Positions 22,534-35,100 of a stretch of DNA of 64,000 nt are shown here, piece after piece. The position numbers were made by a program, and so were the translations under genes. The notes under the pieces were generated by a model, which was given only the letters and a program-made list of their open reading frames with translations, did not search any database and had not been told where the DNA came from. Position 1 is the stretch's first letter; every line of letters begins with the position of its first letter. Source of the stretch: Selaginella moellendorffii (lineage: Eukaryota > Plantae > Lycopodiophyta); the NCBI RefSeq assembly GCF_000143415.4, contig NW_003314295.1:504125-568124 (forward strand). Direction: 5' to 3'.

Positions 22534-23038
22534 AGAACTGCAAGGCAGATATGTTCGCGTACCGGATGATGATGGACGGGCTGTGTAGAACCGGGAGAAT
22601 GAGCGCAGCTCTGGAGCTTCTCGAGGCCATCAAGCAGAGTGGCACGCCTCCTCGCCACGATATCTATGTGGCGTTGATCAGGGGGCTGTGCCAGGGGAAA
22701 GAGCTCCGCAAAGCCATGGAAGTTTTGGAAGAGATGACGCTCTCAAGGAAAGGCAGGCCAAATGCCAAGGCTTACAAGGCGGTGATCCAGGAGCTAGCGA
22801 GAGAAGGGAGACACGAAAAGGCAAATGCACTCTCAGACGAATTACTTGGTAACAAAGGCCAGTAAAACGAGATTTGTAATCACAAATCCGGAACATTGTG
22901 TGAACACTATCTGGGATGTTTCCTAAGGTTTTTCGCAGAAATCAGCAACCATTCAACTATTTAGTTTGAATTTGCTTCTAATTTTATCTATAAAAGCCCT
23001 CTTTCAGTGTTTAAAATTCACTTAGGAACTCTTCTTTC

Positions 23039-24143
23039 ATGGCTCTTCCATCCATTGCGAGGATTTTCGCAGCAGAGAAAAGCTATTCCATTCCACCAGT
23101 GTGTAAACTCCTTGCCTCTCCAGTGTTGAATCCGCTGTACGATGCAAAGGCCGACGCTCAGATCGATGCGTGGTGCGCGGAGTTTCTGAAGTTGCAACCT
23201 GGAAGCGAGAAAGCTGTGTTTGTTCAAGAAAGCAGGCTTGGATTGCTCGCGGCTTATGTTTACCCCAGCATTCCATACGAGAAGATTGTTCCGGTTGCAA
23301 AGTTCTTCGCTTGGTTCTTTCTTGCAGATGACATTCTGGATAGCCCGGAGATCTCCTCGTCAGACATGAGATATGTGGCAACTGCATACAAGATGGTTTT
23401 CAAGGGAAGATTTGACGAGGCCACGCTTCCAGTGAAAAATCCGGAGCTGCTGAGGCAAATGAAGATGTTAGCTGAGGTTTTGGAAGAACTGTCCCTCCAT
23501 ATAGTGGATGAATCAGGCCGATTCGTGGATGCTATGACCAAGGTGCTCGACATGTTTGAGATTGAATCGAGCTGGCTTCGCAAGCAAATCCTTCCCAACC
23601 TGGATACGTACCTCTGGCTGAGAGAGATCACATCTGGTGTGGCTCCTTGCTTTGCTCTGATTGATGGTTTACTGCAACTTAGGCTGGAGGAGCGTGGCGT
23701 GCTGGATCATCCTCTCATACGCAAGGTTGAGGAGATTGGGACGCACCACATTGCGCTCCACAATGACTTGATCTCGTTCAGGAAGGAGTGGGCGAAAGGA
23801 AACTACCTCAACGCCGTGCCCATTCTCGCCAGCAATTGTAAGTGTGGCTTGAACGAGGCAATTGGCAAGGTTGCGAGCATGGTGGAGGATTTGGAGAAGG
23901 ATTTCGCCCAGACAAAGCATGAGATCGTTTCAAGTGGGTTTGCCATGAAGCAAGGAGTCATGGACTATGTGGACGGGATAGAGGTGTGGATGGCCGGAAA
24001 CGTAGAATGGGGATGGACGAGCGCTAGATACCATGGAATTGGGTGGATCCCTCCTGCAGGTAGAATGGGGATGGACGAGCGCTAGATACAATGGAATTGG
24101 ATGGATCCTTCCTCCAGAAAAATCAGCGACCTTCCAACTCTAG
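23039..24143 (+). CDS. MTPSL: microbial terpene synthase-like protein, copy 2 (stop at 24085 unspliced, or 24143 if 24060-24117 is spliced)
   Basis: DDILD, NDLISFRKE and WTSARY are all intact; 58-bp tandem duplication near the 3' end. Confidence 0.9.
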
Positions 24144-24159
24144 ATTGTTGCTCAGTTCT

Positions 24160-25440
24160 ATCAAATAAGCAAATTGAAATGCACAGTAGATGTGGTATCA
24201 ACATCAAACACGCAGCTCAGATCTTCCATGGTATGGCCAAGAGGGACAAGTTCAGCTGGGATCTTTTGCTGGTTGCCTGCTGCAAAAACGGGCACTTTGA
24301 TGAAGCGCACTGTGATGGGCATCTTGATTCTGCCAAGGTAGTCTTTAGCAAAATGCCTGCTCGCAACTTGGTCTCGTGGACGACGATGCTGGGGGTTTTA
24401 TCTCAGCTCGCGGATGTAGAAAGCACTTTTGAAGAGATGATTACGTATGGAAGAGAATCAAAGAGGCAGCTGGCTTCCTCAAGGCGTATAGGCGACGAGC
24501 AGCGTTGTGACGGAGACAAGATCGTGCTGCGGCATCTGATCGTGAAAGAAGCGCTCCGACTCTTTCAGGAGGCCGCAGTGGACGTAGCCGGAAAGAATTG
24601 CCGTGCAAGTCGAGAGATTCCTCACACGCTGGAAGAGCTCCAGAGAAGACTCCAGATGCCAGTGACGGGAGACACGATGTCGTCTCGTGCACTTGCGCAA
24701 TTGCAGCATTGCTGTGTGTGGAACGCCATAGCTACGGGATTAACCCAATGCGTCCTCCTGGACGAAACCATGAAAATCCTCGACAAAATACCGGCATGGA
24801 ATCTTGCGACCTGGAACACGCTGCTAACATCACACTCCTTGCAAGGGAATCTTACCGGGGCTAGAAGAGTCTTTCACGAAATGCCAGACAAGAACTTGGA
24901 GTCGCGGAACGCCATGCTCTCGACATATGCCCAAAACGGGCATATTTCTCTTGCAAGGAAGTGTTCCAAACGATGCCCTTGCGCAGCGTTGAATCCTTCA
25001 GTGCAATGCTGACCGCATATGCCCAAGCCGGCAGCCCCAGCGACGTGTTTGATTCCTTCGAAGAGATGAAGCTAGTGGAGATGCCCGACGATTCCTGCTT
25101 CACTTTGGTGCTGATTGCGAGCAGCCAAGTTGGCGAGCCCAAAGTCGGCGGCTCCTACTTCAGCTCCATGCGTCTGGATTACGGGGTGGCGGCGAGGAAG
25201 CAACACTACTGCTGCATCGTGGACATGCTGGGGCGAGCGGGATACCTGGATGCGGCGGAAGAGCTTGCGCAAACCATGCCTTTTCTTCCCAACTCGTGGG
25301 ACTGGACGTCCATGCTAAGTTCTTCCAGACGCGATAGAATCTGGAAAAACGGTGCTCGAGTGACGAAACGAGCTTTGCTTTCGAGCCGCATGTTCTTGTG
25401 CTGCTCGCAAACTCACGCTCACTACTTTTCCAAAACTCGA
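24160..25440 (+). pseudogene. PLS-PPR pseudogene (block copy 2)
   Basis: Copy of 17190-18689 with lost start, deletions, frameshift near 24960 and an inverted internal segment at ~24441-24672. Confidence 0.85.
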
Positions 25441-25483
25441 CCTTTATAAAACGGGTTATCGAATTTAGGGTTCATCGGTCATA

Positions 25484-26877
25484 ATGGAGCAAGAAGCTCA
25501 ATCGTTCTTCGATTCGGCCCCGCCTCTCCGATGCCGCGACGATGTGGTCGCGAGCGTGAATCGCTTCTTGGATATCTGGAAGGCGGCATCGGCCATCGGC
25601 CAGGTTTTATCCTTAACTAGCATTTCTCGTATTTTGGAGCTGAATCGCGTGATTCTAGACGAGGCGCATTGCCATTGTTACATCCGGGGGCACGACCGTG
25701 CCCTTGGAGCGACGATGCGTTAGGGTCATTGACAATTTCAGCTCGGGGAGTCGAGGAGCAGCCTCCACAGAGTGCGTTATTCTTTCTACTCATTCTTCTT
25801 TTATGATTTTTTCTTTTTTTTTTGTTGCAAGGTACTTCCTTGCAAGTGACTATGCTGTGATTTTCCTTCATCGGAGGCAAGCAGCACTCTTTTTTTCTTT
25901 TGCAAATGGTGATGCTACTTTCGTGAAATACTTTTTAGAGGATCTATGCAGCCATTTTGCCGCTCGCTGCCGGATAATCCTATACAAGAATGTCTCGAGC
26001 CTGTGGATGGATCAATCCGGGGTAAGCGAAATCTGCCTTTTATTTCTTCGAGAGTTTAACTCCCGCTTCGCAGCACGAGAAAAATGGTTTGATGCTGTCA
26101 CTCGGGCAGTCACAGGACATCATTCTGTAAGCTCAGTTCTTGTTTCTCTTCTTGAGTTCTTAAGAATCAAAACAGGCGGTGCTCCAGAAGAAGCTCTTGA
26201 AGCTCGAGTTCACTACGCTCTTTGAGTACCTCCAAGTAAGAAACGTGCCGCGCAAACTCTGGTCTGTATGACGGTTTTTCGTGGCAGATTTTAGAGATTG
26301 TTGGAGCTGCCATGAAACCAGTTGGCAGGCATGCTATGTTTTACTTTGCAGCCGCTGTCTCCGACTTCTACGTCCCCTGGAACTCCATGGTAAGAACTTC
26401 TCGTCTGCTCTCGTTTTGTTTTCGGTGGAAATCTCAAAAATAATCTTCTCTATCCAGATGGAGCACAAGATCCAGTCGGATGACGGCTCGATGACAATGC
26501 AGCTCGCTCCGGTTCCAAAGATGCTTGGATTGTTACGAAAGCATTGGGCTCCGGAGGCCTTTTGCGTCTCGTTCAAGGTTTTTCATTTCCTCTTTACTCT
26601 TCTTCTCTATAGCAGCTCAATCGAGCAAAGTTTTCTCTCGTATCAGCTGGAAACGGACGTGGACATACTCCTCAAGAAAGCACGCTCGTCGCTTTGCAAG
26701 TATGGCATGCACGCGGTGGTCGCCAACGAGCTCGAAACGAGGAAGAACAAGGTCGTGGTTGTGACGAGAAAAGTAGAGATGGTTTTGGAAAAGGGTGACT
26801 GCCCCGACATAGAGTTGCCGCTGGTGAATTGTCTGGTCGCCCGGCAGACCATGTATCTCCAGCAGCAACAAGCATGA
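25484..26877 (+). CDS. PPCS: phosphopantothenate-cysteine ligase (CoaB), 9 exons, intact
   Basis: Manual splicing gives an open frame: [92 protein letters not shown]. Intron 3 is GC-AG. Confidence 0.9.
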
Positions 26878-26989
26878 ATTTGGCAGCAGCACGAGAGCCT
26901 CGCGATGTAGGCCAAGTCCACTCACTCGCGAGTTCTTCCTTGTCTCAAGCACTTCCCAGCTCCCAGGTCTTCCTCTCCAATCTCCTCAT

Positions 26990-27500
26990 ATAAATGTATG
27001 GAAGATGCGGCCGACGCTCTCTTTGTGTTTGAGGGGTCTTGTTTGAACTCTTGTTCTCGGCATATGCCCAAAAACGGACATCCACAAAGGTCATGGACGG
27101 CCATGTTGGTATTATACGCACGGAATGGCACCTTGGCGATGCCATGGGAACATGTCGTTCAGAGACACTGTGGCCAACTGTGGCATATGCATCTTGTTAA
27201 AGAGCTTAAAATTTCTAGAGAGATGCTCAAAGAATCTTGTAGGGGGCATCTTGTTGGCGCCAAGTTCAGCGAGAGGGATGATGCCCGAGCGAGATCTTGC
27301 GTGGAGCGTGATCTCGTGTCCTTGGCCAGAGTCTGTGGCATCTGATGAGCAGTAGCTGGGCATAGGCGGACAAGCTGTCCTTGAAATCCCCTTACAAATG
27401 CTCAGCTAATTTCTTATGCCGAGCGGGGCGATTGGATCCGCTAAGCTTTCCTTTGATGCTATGCCGGGATCAAGTATCCTGGAATGCTAAAATTTTTGTG
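26990..27500 (+). pseudogene. degraded PLS-PPR remnant
   Basis: Scattered frameshifted motifs (SWTAMLVLYARNG, MMPERDL, AYAQ-like). Confidence 0.5.
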
Positions 27501-29726
27501 CCGGGCATTTGTCACTGTCGAAACTGATGCTTGATAGTGTTCCTTATCATATTGGAATGCAATGTTATCAGCAGCATCTTCAGTTTTCCGAATCAGTTTC
27601 TTTCATCAAATGCCAGACGTGTCTTGGAATGCAATGTTTTTCTTCATGCTTGTTATTTCCTTCAACACCATTTAGCTTGGAGGGAAACAAGGTATCGTTT
27701 TTCAAGCAACGGAAACACTAAGGATACTATCCCTGACACCCTTTGGTCAGTTGGATCCAATCGACTTAGGGTGTGAAGGATAAAATCTTAACAGTGGCTC
27801 TTTTGGACCATCTATTGCTGGACTCACTATAACGGGGGAATGTGTTAATCTTTTTACGTAAAAGCGTTCATATGTGTGGAGCTAAAGAAGTTGTACTTGC
27901 TATGTAAACAACTGTGAAGTACTAATGAGGAATAAGCCTTTGTTGTTTCAATGGTTTAGATTTTTGGTTATATATTTCTTACGGTTTGAATTACATCATA
28001 AGATCTAAATTTTAACGAATAAAATTCACTTTTATGGCCTGCGATGGAGGAAAGAGTGCCCAGCATGGTGATCAGGAGTTTTCCATTTACTAGGTTGGTA
28101 GCTTGGTGCTTCAATCAAGCTAGCTTGCCCTATCGTTCATATCTCTCTGTGGCGGAAAACAAGCTATGGCACCAGTGTATATGCTGAGTCCGCTGCTCCA
28201 AGCAACCTCTAAACGTCTCAGATTCTCTGCCAAATTTTACTCCTTCCTGGTTTTGCTGGCTGCTTATAGTGCATTTCATGCTTTGGCTGGCTGGATCTAG
28301 GACTTTATTCTCAGCACGCTTGTACTTAGCAGGCTTTTATTCCAGTGTCAAGCAAGCATATGGCTCTAGAGAATGAAACTCCAGCTAGAATCATCCAACT
28401 CCAGCTTCATCCACTGGATCAGCTTGCTGGTGGCAGCATTCACGCAGCCCAAGCCAAATGATCTGGATGACGTTTCACGCATGTTCTGTTAATCCCATTG
28501 TTTGCTCTTAACATTCCCCAAAGACATCAGTGGATTCATTGATTACAATGATACGTGATGTGACTTTATCTTTCTTTTTTCACATTTCTGCAAAGCAGTT
28601 TCTTCAGTCCAAGGACACCCATCAGTGAGTGCTCAATGTTAAACTTTCTTTGCTGCCTCTGACCTTGTGCTTTCAAGGTCCAAGTCAGGAGTCTCCTAAT
28701 GAACTCATTGTGTTTTTTATTGACTCTCTTGCAGGTTTGTGCCAGCTTGATCAGATGCTTGAGCACTATCAATTCAAAGTGCCTGCACCTGTAACCTGTT
28801 TTTCACCTGACGTTGCTCAAGTGTTTTTAGATTGATTAGTGTTTTATAGACATCGTAGATACTCACACAGGCTGTGAGCTGTTGTCTACTAGGTGTGGTG
28901 ACAAGATTTGGTGACACTTCCAAGAAATTTTTGAGACTTAGTTATGTCTGATTAAGATTAAGAAAATGATGAATGCTATCAAAACAAATAGGAAGTGTTA
29001 AATTTTATTTATAATGATAACTATTTGATTAAAACAAACTGAAATAAGAAGAACAGAAAATCAATTAAGCTGCACTAATGCGAAGCTCAATCATGTATTG
29101 TGATTTGACTAAATTAAATATTAAATCAGATTAAAATAAGTTATATAAGAATAAAAAATGAAGTTTAGATCAACATTTGATTTCTATCAAACCTCAAAAA
29201 TATTATTCTGAACATAGCAAAATCCTGATATTTCACATATACTTGCTCCAATTGATTTGGGAGCAATTGAGTTTATAGTAGTTTTAAGGGAATTTAAGCA
29301 ATTTATACAACTATAACTTGGAGGAAATTGAAAAACCATAAATATTTCCTTTATGCACACAATTAGGATATATTCATGATATATTTTTATTGATCAAAAG
29401 ACTATAAATAGTAGGTAAATTTCTTTCAAATAGGTGATACTATTATATCTAACTATGCATGGCTCTGGTGCATCAAAAGGGCAAAAATTTGAATGTAATT
29501 CTTGTATCTTTAGTACTGTTAGAGTTAAAAAATTTAGAATTTTTATTTCTAACTACTGAAAATAGAAAAGATAAACTACTATGTTGAGGAATGTATTCAT
29601 AAATATGAAAGTTGAGGCTATATAGTGATAATTTTAATAGTAAATAATTAGTTTTTATCTATCTGGTGAAGAAAGTAATGAAAATTGTAGTTGGCTTGGT
29701 TAAATAACAATAAAAATAAGACATTG

Positions 29727-29728
<2 letters not shown>

Positions 29729-29767
<39 letters not shown>
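29729..29767. repeat. (AT)n microsatellite
   Basis: Uninterrupted AT run. Confidence 0.95.
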
Positions 29768-29771
<4 letters not shown>

Positions 29772-30257
29772 TAAATTATTGTTATCTATAATTTCAAGGT
29801 TTAATTGGGCTTTTTTTCAGCAGAACTGTATGTATTAAATTATTAGAGAAATATACAAAAGTTTTAAACTATAGAAGAAATAAAACTTTACCATCATTTC
29901 AGTTATTAATAAAATTATTTGTAAATCTTTATCATTTATTATTTATATTCATTTATCTCTAAAATTATTATAATTAATAGATATAAAACACCAATCCTTA
30001 AGTCCTAAAATAGAGCTAAAAGGTGTGCTATGTAGCAATGGCTGAGGCAAAAGTTCAATAAACATAAAATATTTAGACTAAAAGTTTTGACTTGAAAAAT
30101 TAAAAATGAGAGTGAAAATTTAAAGAAGGCTTGAGGAAAAAATACTAAATAAGTAATGAATGAGTTTCTAAAAAAGGATTAAAGAATGACTAATGTGTTT
30201 TGATATATAAAAGTGTCAAAACTGAAGTGCTAAACTCTAATACTCAAAATAGAACAA

Positions 30258-30385
30258 TATCAAAACTATCTCACTTTGACCAAAAAATATAATGTTTAAA
30301 GTGTCAGACATATATAGGGCTAAATATATTCAAGCGTAAATATATCTAGGGGTGCCCAAAGCAATCATTTTATAGATTTTTGGGG
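30258..30385 (+). mobile_element. 5' end of repeat R, cut by the inversion breakpoint
   Basis: TATCAAAACTATCTCAC..AATGTTTAAAGTGTCAGA matches 19599+. Confidence 0.75.
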
Positions 30386-31540
30386 CTTTCCCCTGGCACA
30401 GCCCCCTGATCAACGCCACATAGATATTGTGGTGAGGAGGCGTGCCACTCTGCTTGATGGCCTCGAGAAGCTCCAGAACTGCACTCATTCTCCCTGTTCT
30501 ACACAGCCTGTCCATCATCACTCGGTACACGAACATATCCGCCGAAAAGTACTAGGTTGGATGACCTTTCAAAAAGTCCAAATTCAAGAGGTTACAAAAA
30601 GCCCAAAGCAATTGTCTCCTAAACTTTAAGCGTGAAAAGAACTAGAACAAGAACAGTGTGTTTAGGGTTTTGGGGATTTGGCGCCTTGCCGCTGCGGCGC
30701 ATGGCGGCCTTAGTGCTGGCTCAAAAGCTGCATCAAAAACATTACCTGACGCGAGAGATAGCATGGGTTACCAGTTTGGCACTCACTGCAAGATGTGGTG
30801 GGTGATGATATAACCACTGAAGAGTTCAAGGCTAAAGTGAACATAGACAAACAAATGGGTTAACTTAGTGAAGTGTTCAAGAGCCTACTCTAGCTCCTCT
30901 AGGAGATCAAATGGTTAGAAGCCACCGATCAAGCTCCTGTACGTGATAACGTTCGGCTGGACGCCATTGCCAACCATCTCCTCCAGCAGCTTGTAAGCCA
31001 CCGTCGGCTTCCCAGCTCTGCAGAACGCGTCAATGAGAGCGGTGTAAGTCACCACGTTGGGCTGGCATCCCCGCTTGGCCATTCGCTTGAGAACTCTGCG
31101 CACCTCCACCAATCTTCTGACTTTGCAGAAACCGTCGACCAGGCTTGTGTAGGTATACACGTCCGGAGAGCAGTCACTGGCAACCATCTCTTCCAGAAGC
31201 CTCTTGGCGTCATCCACCAGTCCAGCATTACAGTATCCTTCCACTAGTGTCGAGAAAGTGACGATGTCGGGGAGGACTGCCTGCTTGTATGTGATAACAT
31301 CTGGGTTGCAAAACTTGGCCTTCATTTCTCCAAACAGCCTGTTCGCTTCTGGCACCCTTCCCAGCCTTGCAAAGTCCGTCAATAAGTGTGTTGTAGGTGA
31401 TGATATCCGGAAGGCACCCTGTTGCTGTCATCTCTTCCATCAGCAAAAGTGTGGAGTCTACCCTGTTGGCCATGCAAAAGCCATGGATCAAGCTGTTGTA
31501 AGTCACCACGTTTGGCTCAATGCCCCAGACTATCACTCTC
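30386..31540 (-). pseudogene. inverted P-PPR fragments of block copy 3 (30386-30543 and ~30918-31540)
   Basis: Reverse-complement matches to the 3' half of 12915-15476, split by an R-related insert at ~30544-30915. Confidence 0.85.
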
Positions 31541-32152
31541 ATGATAATCTGTGGAAGATGAAGCTAGGGCTGTGTTGTTTGCAAGTGGTTGTCCTTGGAC
31601 TCACTGTGGTCACTAGAGCCAAAGTTCTAGATGGAGTTTTAACACCTCACAATGTTGTGTATATTAACTTTGCATTCCTCACACCACCAGTGATACCACT
31701 AATTTTCAATTTATATCCTAAAAGATTATAGCTCTTCCACAAGCTTCTTTTGTTATTGGGTTTACTGCTACTCAATGCTCCTTAAGCTCATTGAGTGCTA
31801 CACTATGGGCATCTTGTCCTTAACGACATGTGCTAGCTTGGCAATAGCACATATTTGAGCTTGGAAGCTTGGCAAGAGTGGATATTGTGATGCATGCCAA
31901 GCTCAAAGAGTATGTCCTTTATCACCTTTAATGCATGGCCAAATGTTATTTTGCAAGCTTCATATTGGCACTTGAGGACTTTACATTGTATTTCAAGTTT
32001 GAGTCCTTGGATGAATGCTAACACCATGGGCTTCTCATTTGCTATCAACCTTTATAACAAGCATGCACACCAATGCTTCTTAAATTGGATAGTGTAGTTA
32101 TTGATACCCTTTTGTAGCATTTCCCAAAATTAAAACAGTTTATGTAGAGTTG

Positions 32153-35100
32153 TGTTGTGAATGTGATTTCGGGTATTGAAAAATACTTGTTAGCTAGTCC
32201 TTATGGGCACTCTTTCCTTACTGCCATGACACCAGGAGGTCGGTACTACTGGTCCCTTTTATGGTCTCCACCCAAGCTAGTTGAGAAACTGATCATCGCG
32301 TGTGCACTTGACCAGATGAGCATAAGGACGGAATTCTTACATGCTATTTGTCAAGCATACTTGACTTAGTTAGAGAAACTCATTTGTTGACTTGCACTTG
32401 TTAGTGTTGGAAACCCCCGCGATATTGAGACTAGTCCCTCAATATTCGCTAAATGATAGATTACCGTGTTTGCCAAACACCCTCGCTATCATGCCCTTTG
32501 TGTTAGTCTCATTTTGGTCCCAAGTGCTATTTATGGAAAGTGTTTAGATTAGCTCATTTGGTATATCTACGGAATGTAGAGATCGGCCTGAACACAATGG
32601 TGTTCGTCCCGTGTCCAAATTCGCAATCTATCACCATTCCATATTTAGTAAGTTTTGGACTTGTCCCAGAGACTAACTTCTGGTACTAAGAGAGGCTGGG
32701 GGNNNNNNNNNNNNNNNNNNNNNNNNNNNNNNNNNNNNNNNNNNNNNNNNNNNNNNNNNNNNNNNNNNNNNNNNNNNNNNNNNNNNNNNNNNNNNNNNNN
32801 NNATGTATAGTAGGGATAGTGGTTGGAATGCATGTCTGACCACCTGAGACATTAGTTTGGCTCCCACTGGGTTGTGTCACTCCTTGTTCTGCATTCGGCT
32901 TGGGTCTAAGCCCAAGCTCCACGCTGTTCTAGTTGGTGGGGTATCTTCCTCTTCGCGTTAGGCCACCGGTATGCCAAAATTGTGTCAGACTCCGTCTGAC
33001 ACCATTTTGCATGTAGGTGCTGGATACGAGGAGATGGTGCTTGTGGGATTGTACTGAACCCTCGCTTCGTAGCGCAACAGGCTTGGAGTTTGGCTCCAAA
33101 TTCAGGTGCACTACATTTGGTATCAGAGGAATTGTCTCAGTGATTCCTATCCAACTTTTGTTAGGTTTTCTGACTCAAGTTGCATATATAGAGACTTTTC
33201 TAGTAGATCAAAAACAACCTGTGTAGGATTAGTTGGATAGCACCATTCGGTAAGAACATTGTAAGCATGTTCAGTTACTGATACAGGCATGCATGCAACT
33301 AGCAAGATGGTGAAGAGGAACCGTGCTGATGACACTGAAATCTCTAGACGGGCGAATTGAGAGGAGGAAACTCCTACTAGAGATGCTGCAAAAGAGGTTG
33401 AGGTTGAGTCAGAAGAGGAAGAGTCAGATGCTACAGCATTGCAGCGTATGAGGCAGCTAAACCAGCTAAGCCTAAGCAACCAGACTCCTCTTCGAGTTTT
33501 GAGGACGATGAAGTTTTGCAGCCGCTCCCTGTTGCACGAGTTTCAAAGTTCAAGCCTCCAAAACCACCCAATTTCAGAGGCATGCGGGACTATCAAGTTT
33601 TGGAAGACTAGGTCTACGATATGGAAAACTATTTCATAGTGGCAAACGTAGATGATTGTATGAAAGTTGCATGCGCGCAATCCTTTCTCACCGATCATGC
33701 CAAAACTTGGTGGCGCCAGGTGTGTGCTGAAAAAGGGCAGACTAGAAGTTGGACCAAGATGCGGTCTCGCATCCATAAGGAATACCTACCGGATGATCTT
33801 GGTCTGAGACTTTGTGCGGAGCTGCGGCGGTTAAAGCAGCGAGGGGATCTCATGCATTACGTTAATGCGTTTGCTCAGAAGCACATTATAATTGCAAATA
33901 TGAGTGACGAAGATGCTCAGAGTTATTTTCTGGAGGGTTTAAGTTCATTTTCTCGCAATGAGATTTTGAAGTTTAAGCCGAAGACGTACCTAGAGTGTAA
34001 GGAGGCAACACAGCAAGTTGCCTTTAGTCACTCGCTCATGGAATAATATCAGCAACCGTATGCTGGTAACTCGGATAAGAATAAGAATTTTAGGAATAAA
34101 CAAGGTGATCGGAAATAGAGGGTGGAAGGTAGGTTCCGCTCTGGAGGCTCACAAGCAACGGTTAACAAAGGTGGTGGTGGTTGGAGACCACCAGCAACTT
34201 CTTCTGGTCCTAGGCCCTCTGTTCTTCCTCCTGGTGGATACAAGCAATAGCAACCTACAAAACTTGCTCCTAGTGGAATGGGTAGTGTGGGTCATTTCTT
34301 CCATTGTGGAGAGTCGGGACATAGGTCCTCGGAATGTCCCAACAAGCATAAGACAAGATCTCGTATTAATGTCATGAGGGAAGATGGTGGAGGTGAAGCT
34401 GAAGGAGTTGACGAGTTGGTCAATGCAGACTATGAGGAAGAAGAGGTGAGTAACTTTCGTTGCTTTCCTCAAGCTTTTCTTGCAGTCAATGCAAACACTA
34501 ATCCGTTGATGTATATGGTAAGCTTTGTCCATGGACACTGAATCTGAGTGATGATTGACATGGGAGCTACGCACAACGTGATATCTGAAGACTTAGTTAA
34601 GTTGTTAGGATTGAATGCTGAGAAAATGTCGCCTATGCACTTCCGGTTTGCAGAAGGTGGGCAAGTAGCCAGAAAGTTTGTGAGTGATGTTCCAATAAAG
34701 ATATCCAAGTGAAAAGAAAGAGTGGACTTGGTAGTGTTGTAAATACCAGATTTTTAGATGGTGTATGGTATGGATTTCTTCAACAAGTATATAAAAGGGA
34801 TTTATGGTGCTGGACAAAGTCGTATCACGTTGAAGTCCGAAGGACGTCTTAATGTGTCCTTCCAGTTGCAAAGGCATTCCTCAAAGGATTGGGATGCTAA
34901 GTTCCTAACTGCGAGGGCCACTCAAAAAATAGCTAAGAGGGGATGTCGGACCTTTTGGGTTCAAGTGATGGAAGCTGAGAGTGTTAGTGACTCAATTCGA
35001 ATCGGTGATGGGGTTGATCTTGTACCACAGAAGATATTGGAGTTGTTGGCGCGGAATCAAGATATTTTCCCGAAGGATTTGCCACCAGAGCTACCTCCTA

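Larger units (their letters stand above)
21711..22865 (+). pseudogene. 3' half of P-class PPR (block copy 2), disrupted
   Basis: Matches ~14393-15476, with an internal deletion near 22256 and a 188-bp insertion at 22346-22533. Confidence 0.9.

Noticed and set aside
25484-26877. PPCS as a dedicated precursor-supply gene of a terpene cluster
   Set aside because: The extra PPCS copies were pseudogenised, as expected for a passenger housekeeping gene.
27700-28950. Exon-like stretches with splice-like sites
   Set aside because: No coherent ORF or recognisable domain could be assembled; may be a gene relic.
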